DNA of 64,000 nucleotides from Pelagibacteraceae bacterium. GTDB lineage: Bacteria > Pseudomonadota > Alphaproteobacteria > HIMB59 > GCA-002718135. Where the stretch lies: assembly GCA_017639935.1 (NCBI GenBank), contig JAGFWP010000010.1:11213-75212 (forward strand). Reading direction: 5' to 3'. Positions 48,369 to 59,726 of the stretch are shown piece after piece (positions within the stretch are counted from its first letter, which is position 1; the number at the start of each line of letters is the position of its first letter). The notes below the pieces were generated by a model. That model made no database searches. It saw nothing but the letters and a program-made list of their open reading frames with translations, and was not told the origin of the DNA. The translations under genes were made by a program, and so were the position numbers.

Positions 48369-50039
48369 ATGTCTAAAAAATATTATATATTTGATAGTGA
48401 TGCTCTTATAAATTTTCATAAGCGAATTTTTTTTTCTGTTATAATTTTTTTATTTGTTTTTCTTGTTGCCTTTTACAGAATTGCAGACGTAATGCTTTTA
48501 GAAAAATCTATCAATATAAGCAATGATACTAAGCAAATAACAGAAAGAGGAAACATATATGATAGAAATGGAAATTTATTATCAACCACAATAAATTCTT
48601 ATTCTCTTTCGGTTAATCCGAAAAGTTTAAAAAATAAAAATCTTATATCTGAGAAACTATCTTTAATCATATCTAGACCTAATGAAGAAATATTTAACCT
48701 CCTGAATGAAAAAAAGACATTTGTTTGGTTAAAAAGAAATATTTCTCCAAAAGAACATCAAGCAATAATTGATTTAGGCGAAGTTTCTTTAAAAACTGAA
48801 CATACAAAAGAAGAAGAAATAAAAAGAATCTATCCTCACGGCAATATTTCATCACATGTAGTTGGATATGTAGATATAGATGGAAATGGACTTGCCGGAA
48901 TTGAGAGGGGGTTGAATGAAACTTTAAGTAAAGGCAAGGATGTTTATCTAAGCATTGATATAAGGTTACAAAGTGCTTTTCGCGAAGAATTAAAAAAAAC
49001 CATTGACAAATTTTCAGCAGATTCCGGCTCAATTGTTGCTATTGACATAACAACTGGTGAAATCATAGCATTAAGCAGTTTTCCAGATTTTGATCCCAAT
49101 AACAGAAAAACATTTACTGAAAATAATAAACTTAATCGAATAATTGGAGGAAATTATGAAATGGGTTCAACGTTTAAACCCATCACGGTTGCTATGGGAA
49201 TTGATATGAATATCATAAATTCAGAGACATCTTTTGATGTTTCAAAGCCAATTAAAAGGGGCAAAATAACAATTAATGATTTTAATCCCCACAATGGATT
49301 CTTTACCAGTAAAGAGATAGTCGTTAATTCTTCGAATATTGGAGCAGCAAAAATTGCTAACAAGATTGGAAAAAAAAATCAAATAAATTTTTTTAAGAAA
49401 ATAGGTTTTTATGAAAAAATCGAACTTGAGATCATAGAATCAGTAAAACCATACACGAATCCAAACCATTGGGGCGAAATAGAAACTATGACTATAGGGT
49501 ATGGACATGGATTTATGGTTACTCCATTGCATTTAATCTCAGCATACGCCTCATTAATCAATGATGGAAAAAGATTAAATCCTACATTTTTGAAAGATAA
49601 TATTGAAATAAATAAAACACAAATAATAAAACACGAAACCTCTGATTATTTCATAAAATTATTAAGAGCAGTTGTTTTAGAAACTGAATATACAGGACCA
49701 AGAGTTAAAATTGAGGGTTATGAGATAGGAGGTAAAACAGGAACAGCAGAATTAATAAATGAGTCTGGACTTTATCAAAAAGATATGAATTTAACCTCTT
49801 TTATCGGGGTATTTCCCACTTCAAAGCCTAAATACATAGTTCTAGCAATGGTTGAAAATCCAAAAAAAATTAAAGAAGAAAATAATAATATTACTGGCGC
49901 AAGTGTTGCAGCACCATTGGTAAAAAGTATTATTTCAAGAATGATTGAAATATTAAGCATACCCAGATCTAATTCTATAGAAATTCTTAAAGCTGACATA
50001 AGTCCCGAATATATAAAGAATCATAATGTTACTTTCTAA
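48369..50039 (+). CDS. ftsI: peptidoglycan D,D-transpeptidase FtsI (PBP3)
   Basis: STFK, SSN and KTG active-site motifs, with an N-terminal TM segment. Confidence 0.93.
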   Translation: MSKKYYIFDSDALINFHKRIFFSVIIFLFVFLVAFYRIADVMLLEKSINISNDTKQITERGNIYDRNGNLLSTTINSYSLSVNPKSLKNKNLISEKLSLIISRPNEEIFNLLNEKKTFVWLKRNISPKEHQAIIDLGEVSLKTEHTKEEEIKRIYPHGNISSHVVGYVDIDGNGLAGIERGLNETLSKGKDVYLSIDIRLQSAFREELKKTIDKFSADSGSIVAIDITTGEIIALSSFPDFDPNNRKTFTENNKLNRIIGGNYEMGSTFKPITVAMGIDMNIINSETSFDVSKPIKRGKITINDFNPHNGFFTSKEIVVNSSNIGAAKIANKIGKKNQINFFKKIGFYEKIELEIIESVKPYTNPNHWGEIETMTIGYGHGFMVTPLHLISAYASLINDGKRLNPTFLKDNIEINKTQIIKHETSDYFIKLLRAVVLETEYTGPRVKIEGYEIGGKTGTAELINESGLYQKDMNLTSFIGVFPTSKPKYIVLAMVENPKKIKEENNNITGASVAAPLVKSIISRMIEILSIPRSNSIEILKADISPEYIKNHNVTF

Positions 50040-51467
50040 AATATCCACATTAATAGATTGTAAAAAAATTTATAATATCAAAAAAAAAACACTTCATTTA
50101 ATTTTCTTTCAACTAATTCAAAATATATTAAAAAAAATTCAGTTTTAGTAATAAATAAAAAAAATAATTTTAAAAAAAAATATGTTGATGAATCCATACG
50201 AAGAGGGGCTATTGCCTTAATTACAAATTATTATTTCAAGAATATAAAAATTCCTCAGTTTATTGTTAAAGATGTTAATAAAAGTCTTAAAAAATTACTT
50301 TGGACATTAAAGAAGATTCCACCTAATAATATTATAGGCGTTACCGGTACTAACGGAAAAACTTCAGTTGTATGGAATATTAGCAATATTTTATTCTTAT
50401 CTAAAAAAAATGTTAAGTCTTACGGAACATTGGGTTTTTATAATAACCAAAAAAAAATTGAAAATTCAATTTTAACCACTCCAGAATATGAGATTTTACA
50501 TCAAAAAGCATTTACTCATACAAAAAAAAATATAGATGAGTTTGTTTTTGAAGTTTCAAGCCACTCAATATCAAAACAAAGAATAAATCATTTTCCAATT
50601 AATATAGCTGCCATAACAAATATAAGTAAAGATCATTTAGACTTTCATAAAACAATATTAAATTATCGAAATACAAAATTTAAATTATTCACACAGCATT
50701 TAAAAGACGATGGAGTTGCAATATTAAATGACAATATTAACGGAATTGCCATTCTGAAAAAAAAACTAAAACAAAAAAAAATTAAAATTATAACTTATGG
50801 AGCAAGAAAGAGTAATGTTCATTGTTTCAAAAAAAATAATAAATTTTATATAAAAATATTTAATAAAAATTTTTTTTTAAAATTATTTGATTACAATAAA
50901 TTTGAATTGGATAATTTATCCTGTGCTGTGGGCTGCTGTATTAGTATTGGAATAAAAAATAAAGAAATTATTAATTCAATTGCAAAGATAAATAAGCCTA
51001 GAGGTAGATTGCAAGAGATTGGAAAACTTAAAGATGGTTCAAAAGTTATAATCGATTATGCCCATACGCCAGATGCTTTAAAAAATATTTTATTTGCTAC
51101 TAAAATAAACAATATCAAGCCTAATTTATTGTTTGGATGCGGAGGCAATAGAGACAAATCAAAAAGGAAAACAATGGGCCTAATAGCAAATAAATTTGCT
51201 GCAAAAGTTTATGTTACCGATGATAATCCAAGAAATGAGAATCCTTTTAAAATAAGGCAATCCATTCTTTCAAAATGCTCAAAAGCAGTTGAGATTCCAG
51301 ATAGATCTATTGCAATTCAAAAAGCCATAAATGAATTAAATAATGGAGAAATCTTAATTATTGCTGGGAAAGGTCACGAAGAAAAACAAATTATAAAAAA
51401 TAAAATTGTTAATTTTAATGATGCTAAAATAGCAAGGTTTTATTTAAATCGACGTAACAAATTATGA
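50026..51467 (+). CDS. murE: UDP-N-acetylmuramoyl-tripeptide synthetase MurE, interrupted by a frameshift in an A10 run (50080-50089)
   Basis: ATG 50026 opens frame 1 (MLLSKISTLIDCKKIYNIKKK) and stops at 50146. A second frame, open from 50076, reads ..TSFNFLSTNSKYIKKNSVLVI...GVTGTNGKTS and runs into the listed ORF 50430-51467. That frame has no ATG/GTG/TTG before 50430. Confidence 0.85.
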
Positions 51468-52852
51468 AAATAAATAATTTAGATAAAATAATTGAAGATT
51501 ATTTATTTAGAAATGAGAATAAACTTAAAATCAACAGCAATGACATTACTAGTGGAGATGTATTTATTGCTTTACAGGGAAGAAATATTCATGGAAATAA
51601 ATATATCAATGATGCTTTGGATAATGGCGCAAAATATGTGATTACTGACAAAAACGCCGGTTTGCTTGTTAATAAAAATAACATTCTTTTAGTAACTGAC
51701 GCTCTACTTTTTTTGTTAACAATAGCTAACAAAAAAAGAAATAGTTTTAAAGGTAAAGTCATCGGAATTACAGGCAGCGTGGGAAAAACAAGCGTTAAAG
51801 AAAATCTTAAGTTTTTTCTTTCTTTTGAGTCAAAAGTATCAGCTTCAATTAAAAGTTACAATAATTATTTGGGAGTTCTAATTTCATTAATTAATATGGA
51901 TAATTTTAGTGATTTTGCATTATTTGAAATTGGGACAAATAATTTTTATGAAATTGGAAAATTAACTTCAATTATAATGCCGCAACAAGTCATTGTTACA
52001 AATATATTCCCAACACATCTTGAAAGTTTCAAAAGTACAAGAAATATAGCTATAGAAAAATCAGATGTATTTAATCTAAAATTTAATCCTGAGATAGAAT
52101 TACTAATACTTCCGAATTCAAACAGTGATGAATTATTTCTTTACGATCAAGCAAAAAAAATGAAAATTTCTAAAATACTTACTGTGGGTAGAAAAACTAA
52201 TTCAAACTATTGTATTCAAGAAATTAATAAAACTAATAAGAAAAATATGATTATTAAAGTTAAAAAAAATAAAGAATCATATAAAATTGATTTTGATACA
52301 GATTATTATCATCAAATTTATAATGCAGTAATTTGTTTGGCAATATTTGAGCATAATAATTTACCTCTTAAAACATTTTATAAAAAAGTTAAAAGTATTC
52401 CTAGGATTGAGGGCAGAGGATTGATGAATGAGGTTTTTGTAGATGATAAAAAAATATTCTTTATTGATGAAAGCTATAATGCAAGTCCTGTTACAATGAA
52501 AATTTGTATAGATTATTTCTATGAATTAGAATTACAGAACACTCAAAAAAAATATATAATTCTTGGGGAAATGAATGAATTAGGTAAATTATCTAAAATG
52601 TATCACCAAGATATAATCAAGCAAATTTTATATTATAAATTTGAGAATGCAATATTATGCGGAGACTTATTTAGGTCACTTCTAAATAAAATGAAAACTG
52701 AAACTGATCACATTAATTGTTTATTGGATGAAAATGAAATTATGCAATTTTTAAAAAAAAATATACATAATGATGACATAATATTAATTAAAGGATCTAA
52801 CTCAACAAAAGTGAATAAGTTGGCTAATATGTTAAACGCGAATAAGGAGTAA
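51464..52852 (+). CDS. murF: UDP-N-acetylmuramoyl-tripeptide--D-alanyl-D-alanine ligase
   Basis: GITGSVGKTS and the Mur ligase layout. ATGA overlap with murE. Confidence 0.93.
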   Translation: MKINNLDKIIEDYLFRNENKLKINSNDITSGDVFIALQGRNIHGNKYINDALDNGAKYVITDKNAGLLVNKNNILLVTDALLFLLTIANKKRNSFKGKVIGITGSVGKTSVKENLKFFLSFESKVSASIKSYNNYLGVLISLINMDNFSDFALFEIGTNNFYEIGKLTSIIMPQQVIVTNIFPTHLESFKSTRNIAIEKSDVFNLKFNPEIELLILPNSNSDELFLYDQAKKMKISKILTVGRKTNSNYCIQEINKTNKKNMIIKVKKNKESYKIDFDTDYYHQIYNAVICLAIFEHNNLPLKTFYKKVKSIPRIEGRGLMNEVFVDDKKIFFIDESYNASPVTMKICIDYFYELELQNTQKKYIILGEMNELGKLSKMYHQDIIKQILYYKFENAILCGDLFRSLLNKMKTETDHINCLLDENEIMQFLKKNIHNDDIILIKGSNSTKVNKLANMLNANKE

Positions 52853-52858
52853 TATCAA

Positions 52859-53947
52859 TTGTTTGTCTATCTTGCTGAAACGTACACTCAATATTTTACA
52901 TTTTTTAATTTATTTAATTATATTAGTTTTAGAGCAGGTGCTGCAGTTTTAACATCTCTTTTTTTCTCACTCATATTTGGTGAAATGATAATAACATTTT
53001 TATCGAGTATTCAGCCAACAGGACAACCTATTAGGTCAGATGGTCCAGAAAGACATTTATTTGAAAAAGCAGGCACCCCAACTATGGGCGGTATTTTAAT
53101 CTTGGCCAGTATTATTACATCATTTTTTTTGTGGGCAAGATTTACAAATTTTTATGTTTGGATTTCTTTATTTGCATGTATAGCTTTTGGTTTAGTTGGT
53201 TTTTTAGATGATTATAAGAAAATATATTCTAAAAGCAGTTATGGACTTAAAGCTTCTACTCGGATTATTTTACAAATTGTTCTAGCCTTTATTATTATTT
53301 TTTTAATCTACAGAACAATGCCTGAAAATTTAAATAGCACGATTAATTTTCCATTTTTTAAGAATTTAATAATTGATTTAGGAATGTTTTTTTTCATATT
53401 TGGTATCTTTATTATTGTTGGTTCAGCAAATGCTGTAAATCTTACTGATGGCTTGGATGGATTAGCAATTGTGCCTGTGATGATTGTGGCAACAACTTTT
53501 GCTTTTATCGCTTATGTTTCAGGAAATATAAATTTTTCAGAATATTTGCAAATAAATTACATTGAAGGAAGTGGTGAGTTATCAGTTTTTTGTGGATCAA
53601 TAATTGGATCAGCACTTGGTTTTTTATGGTTTAATGCACCACCTGCAAAAGTATTTATGGGGGACACAGGTTCTTTATCGCTCGGAGGGGGGATTGGTAC
53701 TCTTTCTATTATGACAAAACATGAAATTGTATTAGCTATTGTTGGAGGTCTTTTTGTCTTAGAAACTTTATCAGTTATAGTTCAGGTCATTAGTTTCAAA
53801 TTTACAGGAAAAAGAATTTTTCAAATGGCACCATTACACCATCATTTTGAAAAAAAAGGTTGGGCAGAATCAACTATTGTTATTAGATTTTGGATTATAA
53901 CAATCGTTTTGGCCTTGATTGGTTTAGCTACACTAAAAATAAGGTAA
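52859..53947 (+). CDS. mraY: phospho-N-acetylmuramoyl-pentapeptide transferase
   Basis: NLFNYISFRAGAAVLTSL, NAVNLTDGLDGLA and GDTGSLSLGG. TTG start after the SD AAGGAG. Confidence 0.95.
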   Translation: MFVYLAETYTQYFTFFNLFNYISFRAGAAVLTSLFFSLIFGEMIITFLSSIQPTGQPIRSDGPERHLFEKAGTPTMGGILILASIITSFFLWARFTNFYVWISLFACIAFGLVGFLDDYKKIYSKSSYGLKASTRIILQIVLAFIIIFLIYRTMPENLNSTINFPFFKNLIIDLGMFFFIFGIFIIVGSANAVNLTDGLDGLAIVPVMIVATTFAFIAYVSGNINFSEYLQINYIEGSGELSVFCGSIIGSALGFLWFNAPPAKVFMGDTGSLSLGGGIGTLSIMTKHEIVLAIVGGLFVLETLSVIVQVISFKFTGKRIFQMAPLHHHFEKKGWAESTIVIRFWIITIVLALIGLATLKIR

Positions 53948-53961
53948 ATGATTTATCATTA

Positions 53962-55299
53962 ATGAAGTATATTTATGGTTTAAATAAAAGTGGCCTATCT
54001 TTAATAAATCATCTTTCCAAGACTAGTGAGTCATTTATTGCTTGGGATGATAATGAAAAAAAAAGACAGAAAATTTCTTTAACTTTTAAAGATATAGTTT
54101 TTAAACATCCTGAAGATTTAAGTTTATTAAAAGTAAAAGAAGCTTTTATAACGCCAGGAATTTCTTTAAATGATAAAAAAATATCAAGATTACGCGATAA
54201 AAAAATTAATCTTTATCGGGATCTAGAGTTTTATTCAAAATTATTATCAAATCAAAAGGTTATAGCCATTACAGGAACAAATGGAAAATCAACAACTACA
54301 AAATTAATTGGCGATGTGATTAAATCAAACAAACTCAATTGTTTTGTTGGTGGAAATATTGGCAGACCTCTTGTAGATTTTAAGAATATAAATGATGATT
54401 CTAATTATCATGTGATTGAATTAAGCTCATTTCAATTAGAATCTGCCCCAAGTTTTTGCTCTCACATATCAATCTTATTAAATATATCTTATGATCATTT
54501 AGACAGATATAGCACTATTGAAAATTATATACGCGCAAAGAAGAATATATTAAACAACAACAAAGAAAACTATAACATTATTTCTACTGATGATGATTAT
54601 TGTAGAGATATTTTTTGCTCCTCAAAAAATCTAAATAATATTCCTATATCAACATCAAAACCAATTAAAAAAGGTGTTTTTTTCATTGATAACAAAATCT
54701 ATGATCAATATTTTTTTGATAAAAAGATAACAATCATTAACAAAATATCACAATCACTTACTGGAAAGTTTAATTCACAAAATATACTTGCAGCTTATAC
54801 AGTTTCTCAAATTCTTGGGCTGGATGTAAAGATTTTTTTAGAAATAATTGGTAGTTTTATAGGTTTGCCTCATCGTTTGGAGAGGATAATTAATAATAAT
54901 AATCTTGAAGTGATTAATAACAGCAAAGCTACTAATCTCGATTCAACTATAAAATCAATTTCCAAATACAAAAATATATATTTGATACTAGGAGGACGGG
55001 CAAAAGAAAAAAATTTTTCATCTTTAATTAATTTTAAAAAAAATATTACAAAATGCTATATAATTGGAGAATCTTCGGATTTTATTTATAAACAACTAAA
55101 TAGTTCAATTGATTCAAAAAGATCATTTAATTTGGCAGATGCATTAAAAGAAATTTTTATTGAAGTACGTAGCTCTAAAATTAAATCCACAATTATTTTT
55201 TCTCCAGGTTGTTCATCTTTTGATCAATTTAATAATTTTGAAGATAGAGGAAATAAATTTAAAGAATTCGTAATGAAAGAAATGAATAAATATACATAG
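53962..55299 (+). CDS. murD: UDP-N-acetylmuramoylalanine--D-glutamate ligase
   Basis: ITGTNGKSTT. ATG 53962 is chosen because the track start at 53890 would overlap mraY by 58 nt. Confidence 0.9.
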   Translation: MKYIYGLNKSGLSLINHLSKTSESFIAWDDNEKKRQKISLTFKDIVFKHPEDLSLLKVKEAFITPGISLNDKKISRLRDKKINLYRDLEFYSKLLSNQKVIAITGTNGKSTTTKLIGDVIKSNKLNCFVGGNIGRPLVDFKNINDDSNYHVIELSSFQLESAPSFCSHISILLNISYDHLDRYSTIENYIRAKKNILNNNKENYNIISTDDDYCRDIFCSSKNLNNIPISTSKPIKKGVFFIDNKIYDQYFFDKKITIINKISQSLTGKFNSQNILAAYTVSQILGLDVKIFLEIIGSFIGLPHRLERIINNNNLEVINNSKATNLDSTIKSISKYKNIYLILGGRAKEKNFSSLINFKKNITKCYIIGESSDFIYKQLNSSIDSKRSFNLADALKEIFIEVRSSKIKSTIIFSPGCSSFDQFNNFEDRGNKFKEFVMKEMNKYT

Positions 55300-56352
55300 A
55301 TGGTTAAATTTCTTTCAAAATGGTGGAATGAAATTAATAAATTCAATTTTATTATAATATTATCAATTATCACTATAGGTCTAATTTTGTCGTATTCAAT
55401 TAATAAGGATTTTACTTTTTTTAACAAACATCTTTTATATTCGGCATCAGCAATCATATTGATGATCATAATTTCTTCTATGGATATTAAATCTTTAAGG
55501 AGATTGTCTTTAGTTGGATTGATAATCTTTACAATTTTACTTATTAGTATTTTATTGCTGGATTATGAGATTAAAGGATCTAAACGATGGATTAAAATAA
55601 TCAATATAAGTATTCAGCCTTCAGAGTTTATTAAACCTTTTTTCTTAATGTTAAGCGCTTGGTTTTTGTGCAAAGGCATTGAGGGTAAAAAAATATACTT
55701 AAATATATTATTTTTTTCTTTTTTTGTTTTAGTTGGATTAATTATTTTGCAACCTGATTTCGGGATGACTTTTTTGTTATCCGCATCATTTTTTTGTCAA
55801 TTGTTTATTGCAGGCTTATCTATATTATTAGTTACAGTTTTTTTTGTAATGCTTTTGGCATTATCAGTGACATCTTATTACGTTTTTGATCATGTCAATA
55901 AGAGAATAAATGATTTTTTTGATCCTTCTGCTGATAGATATCAAATTGACTTAAGTTTAAAAGCATTCAAATCAGGTAGTTTTTTTGGCAAAGGTCCTGG
56001 CCAAGGAGTATTAAAAGAAAAAATTCCAGATGCCAATACAGATTTTATATTTGCAGTAGCAGGAGAAGAACTTGGATTTATATTCTGCTCACTTATAATT
56101 TTATTAATACTTATTCTTATTATTAGATTTTTATTGCAATTACTGAAATATAAAGAACCTTATGTGATTATTGCTATTGTAGGTTTGATTTGTTCATATG
56201 GATTGCAGTCCTTAATTAACATTTTTAGTACTTTAGGCATAATACCTACAAAAGGAATGACTTTGCCATTTATCAGTTACGGAGGATCTTCTATGATTTC
56301 AAGCTCAATATTATTTGGTTTTTTATTATCATTAACTAAACAAAAGAAATGA
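55300..56352 (+). CDS. ftsW: SEDS-family peptidoglycan polymerase / cell division protein FtsW
   Basis: PSEFIKP, DFIFAVAGEELG and PTKGMTLPFISYGGSS. Confidence 0.93.
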   Translation: MVKFLSKWWNEINKFNFIIILSIITIGLILSYSINKDFTFFNKHLLYSASAIILMIIISSMDIKSLRRLSLVGLIIFTILLISILLLDYEIKGSKRWIKIINISIQPSEFIKPFFLMLSAWFLCKGIEGKKIYLNILFFSFFVLVGLIILQPDFGMTFLLSASFFCQLFIAGLSILLVTVFFVMLLALSVTSYYVFDHVNKRINDFFDPSADRYQIDLSLKAFKSGSFFGKGPGQGVLKEKIPDANTDFIFAVAGEELGFIFCSLIILLILILIIRFLLQLLKYKEPYVIIAIVGLICSYGLQSLINIFSTLGIIPTKGMTLPFISYGGSSMISSSILFGFLLSLTKQKK

Positions 56353-57434
56353 AAATTGATTATTTAGTATTATTTGCAGGCGGTACGGGAGGCCATGTAA
56401 TTCCAGCAGTAAATTATGGTAATTATCTAATTGATTGTAATTACAACTGCACGCTATTTTTAGATAAAAGAGGATTGAAGTATGCAGGTCAGTTTAAAGG
56501 AAGAGTTTTATGTATAAGCTCTGCTCATTTTTCCGGGAATACACTATATAAACTAAAGTCAATTTTTCTTTTATTATATGGTTTAATACAATCATTTTAT
56601 TATCTTTTTAAAATTAGGCCATCTCATTGCTTTGGTTTTGGAAGTTACGCATCATTTACGCCTTTAACCGTAGCACTGTTTTTAAAAGCACTGAGAATGA
56701 CAAAAATATATTTGCATGAACAAAATTCAATTATTGGAAAAGTTAATTTATTTTTTGCACCTTTTTCAAATAATATTTTTATTAATTTTGATAATATAAT
56801 AAATCTAAAATCACGCTATACAAAAAAAATATATCATGTAGGCTTGCCAAATGACAATAAAATAATTTTTAAAAAAAGAAGCATTAATATTGTTAAAGAT
56901 AAAAAATTAAAAATTTTAATATTTGGAGGAAGTCAAGGATCATTAAATCTAAACGATGGCTTTTTAAAGATAATTAAAAAATTACCAAATAATTATTATA
57001 GAAAATTATCAATCTTAATGCAATGCTCAAATAAACAAGCCAACAAAATAAAAAATGAATTAAATGATTTAGGCGTTGAATATGAGTTAAAAAATTTCTT
57101 TTTTAATATTTGTAAAATATTAGATTCAAGTGATTTTGTAGTTGCCAGATCTGGTGCTGGTACAATAAATGATATTATTCAATCACAAATACCATCAATC
57201 TTAATTCCATTACCTCATTCTATTTATAATCATCAATATATTAATGCAAAATATTTGACGAATAAGCATGCCGCACAATTGGTTGAAGAAAAAGATTTAG
57301 ATTCGGATAAAGCATATTTCGCATTTAAAAGATTATTTGATAATGCTGATCAAAGAATATCAATTATAAAAAATTTACAACAGATAAAAATTTTAGATGC
57401 TAATAAATTAATGTTAAATAAAGTTTTTAAATGA
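56349..57434 (+). CDS. murG: undecaprenyldiphospho-muramoylpentapeptide beta-N-acetylglucosaminyltransferase
   Basis: GGTGGHVIPA, ARSGAGTINDI, and dcw context. Confidence 0.92.
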   Translation: MKIDYLVLFAGGTGGHVIPAVNYGNYLIDCNYNCTLFLDKRGLKYAGQFKGRVLCISSAHFSGNTLYKLKSIFLLLYGLIQSFYYLFKIRPSHCFGFGSYASFTPLTVALFLKALRMTKIYLHEQNSIIGKVNLFFAPFSNNIFINFDNIINLKSRYTKKIYHVGLPNDNKIIFKKRSINIVKDKKLKILIFGGSQGSLNLNDGFLKIIKKLPNNYYRKLSILMQCSNKQANKIKNELNDLGVEYELKNFFFNICKILDSSDFVVARSGAGTINDIIQSQIPSILIPLPHSIYNHQYINAKYLTNKHAAQLVEEKDLDSDKAYFAFKRLFDNADQRISIIKNLQQIKILDANKLMLNKVFK

Positions 57435-58867
57435 ATTTAAACAAAAAAAATTCAAATTTCATTATTCATTTCATCGGTATCGGGGGAATAGGAATGTCAG
57501 GAATTGCTGAACTTATGTTGGACCAGGGATATATTATTCAAGGCAGTGATCTTGTTTTTAATTCCACAATAAAAAGATTAAAAGATAGGGGAGTAAAGAT
57601 ATATCAAGGTCATAAAAAATCAAATATAAATAATATATCAGCCGCTGTGTTTTCTTCTGCGATAGGACAATCAAATCCAGAGATACAAAAATGCAAAGAA
57701 TTATCAATTCCTCTTGTGAGTAGAGCAGAAATGTTAGCTGAATTGATGAGAAATAAAAACGCAATTGCCGTAGCAGGATCACACGGGAAAACTACAACAA
57801 CAAGTCTAGTCGGAACCATATTGGAAAATGCAAAATTGGATCCCACAATAATAAATGGAGGAATTATTAATGCATATTCAAAGAACAATAGAATGGGGCT
57901 TGGCAAATGGATAGTGGTTGAAGCTGATGAAAGCGACGGATCTTTTTTGAGATTACCACATAAAATTAATATTATAACCAATATCGATATTGAACATTTA
58001 GATTATTATAAAACAAAAAGCAGCCTAGTTAATTCTTTTCAAAAATTCATTACAAACCTACCATTTGATGGATATTCAATAATTTGTATTGATAATAACA
58101 ATTTAAAAAAATTGTCAAAGAAAATTAATACGAGAAAAATCATTACATACGCCCTCAAAGATAAAGAAGCAAATGTTCAAATATTGGATATTAAATATGG
58201 TGATATGAAATCAAAATTTTCTATCTATATAGAAAAAAATACTATTCCGCATTATTTCGGAATTTATAAATTTTACATAAATCTTTTAGGAGTGCATAAT
58301 GTTTTAAACGCAACTTCTGCAATTATTGCAGCAATGCTATTACGTATTTCAATTAAAAATATACAAAAGTCTCTTGGGACTTTTAAAGGAGTGGAAAGAA
58401 GATTTACTTTTCTTGGAAAAATAAAGAAATCTTTTATTTATGATGATTATGCTCATCATCCTACTGAAATTAAAGCTAGTTATGAAATTGCAAAACATAT
58501 TGCAGAAAAAAAAATAATTGTACTTTTTCAACCTCATAGATTTTCGCGCACAAGAGATCTGTATAGTGATTTTATTAAAGTATTAAACAAAATTGATATA
58601 CTCTATTTATTGGATATTTATGCAGCAGGTGAAAATTCAATAAAAAAAATAAACTCAAAGAATATTGTAAAGGATCTTAGGAAAAAAAACCAACAAGTTT
58701 TCTATATTAAAGAAAATGACGATATAAATAAAATCTTATCTTCATTTTATGATGATAATAACTTAATAGTTTTTATGGGAGCTGGATCCATTACACATAA
58801 AGCTCATAAATTGATTAAGGAAAATAATGTACGAAAAAATTCTAGAGATTTCAAAAAAATTAAATAG
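57431..58867 (+). CDS. murC: UDP-N-acetylmuramate--L-alanine ligase
   Basis: FIGIGGIGMSGIA and VAGSHGKTTTTS. Confidence 0.95.
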   Translation: MNLNKKNSNFIIHFIGIGGIGMSGIAELMLDQGYIIQGSDLVFNSTIKRLKDRGVKIYQGHKKSNINNISAAVFSSAIGQSNPEIQKCKELSIPLVSRAEMLAELMRNKNAIAVAGSHGKTTTTSLVGTILENAKLDPTIINGGIINAYSKNNRMGLGKWIVVEADESDGSFLRLPHKINIITNIDIEHLDYYKTKSSLVNSFQKFITNLPFDGYSIICIDNNNLKKLSKKINTRKIITYALKDKEANVQILDIKYGDMKSKFSIYIEKNTIPHYFGIYKFYINLLGVHNVLNATSAIIAAMLLRISIKNIQKSLGTFKGVERRFTFLGKIKKSFIYDDYAHHPTEIKASYEIAKHIAEKKIIVLFQPHRFSRTRDLYSDFIKVLNKIDILYLLDIYAAGENSIKKINSKNIVKDLRKKNQQVFYIKENDDINKILSSFYDDNNLIVFMGAGSITHKAHKLIKENNVRKNSRDFKKIK

Positions 58868-59726
58868 TAAATTTTTGTTTGATTACGATATTTCTAGATT
58901 AACTTGGTTTAGGGCTGGTGGGAAAACTGACATTTATTGTGTAATTAGTGATGAAAACGAACTTGAGATAATATTAAATAATATTGGTAATACGCCTTTT
59001 TTGGTTGTTGGCAATGGATCAAATCTTTTAATAAGAGATGGGGGATTCAAGGGATTGATTATTAAATTAGGAAAATCATTTAACAATTTATTTATTGAAA
59101 ATGATAAAATTATAACAGGAGCAAGTATTCTTGATGTTAACTTAGCTAAATTTGCTTACGTAAATTCTATAAGAAATTTAGAGTTTTTTTCAGGCATACC
59201 AGGAAGTCTTGGAGGTGCTATCAAAATGAATGCGGGATGCTTTGGATCAGAGACCAGAGATGTTCTTTTCAGTGCAACAGTAATGAAAAATAATGGAAAA
59301 AAAATAATTATTGAGAATGATGAATTAGAATTGTCGTATAGAAAATCAAATATATCAGATAACGATATAGTAATCAGTGCTGCATTCAATGTTGAGTTTG
59401 GGGATAAGAAAGAGATTGAGGAAGAATTAAAGATTATTAAAAATAATCGAGAATATTCCCAACCAATTAAAACAAAAACTAGCGGAAGTTCTTTCAAGAA
59501 TCCTACTGGAAGTTACGCAGCAGAGTTGATTGATTTGGCAGGATGCAAAGGTTTAAAAGTAGGGAATGCTGTTGTAAGCAGTAAACATGCTAACTTTTTG
59601 ATTAATACTGATAATGCAACAGCAGGTCAAATTGAAGATTTGGGAAAACTAATTATTGAAAAAGTTTACAACAAATTTCAAATTATGCTTGATTGGGAAA
59701 TAAAGATAGTTGGAGATGCTCATTAA
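58827..59726 (+). CDS. murB: UDP-N-acetylenolpyruvoylglucosamine reductase
   Basis: FAD-binding RAGG..., GNGSNLL, and the C-terminal GSSFKNP motif. Confidence 0.92.
   Translation: MYEKILEISKKLNSKFLFDYDISRLTWFRAGGKTDIYCVISDENELEIILNNIGNTPFLVVGNGSNLLIRDGGFKGLIIKLGKSFNNLFIENDKIITGASILDVNLAKFAYVNSIRNLEFFSGIPGSLGGAIKMNAGCFGSETRDVLFSATVMKNNGKKIIIENDELELSYRKSNISDNDIVISAAFNVEFGDKKEIEEELKIIKNNREYSQPIKTKTSGSSFKNPTGSYAAELIDLAGCKGLKVGNAVVSSKHANFLINTDNATAGQIEDLGKLIIEKVYNKFQIMLDWEIKIVGDAH

Noticed and set aside
50026-51467. murE as a genuine dead pseudogene
   Set aside because: The gene is essential and sits inside an otherwise intact dcw operon. Both halves retain good MurE sequence, and the break is a single homopolymer. 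A sequencing error or slippage is far more likely.
53890-53961. Upstream start for murD (and similarly 59693 for ddl, 38351 for the GFA gene, 3112 for the cupin gene, 19231 for SBP 2)
   Set aside because: These extensions overlap the preceding gene or a repeat/SD element. Downstream ATGs give N-termini matching family expectations.
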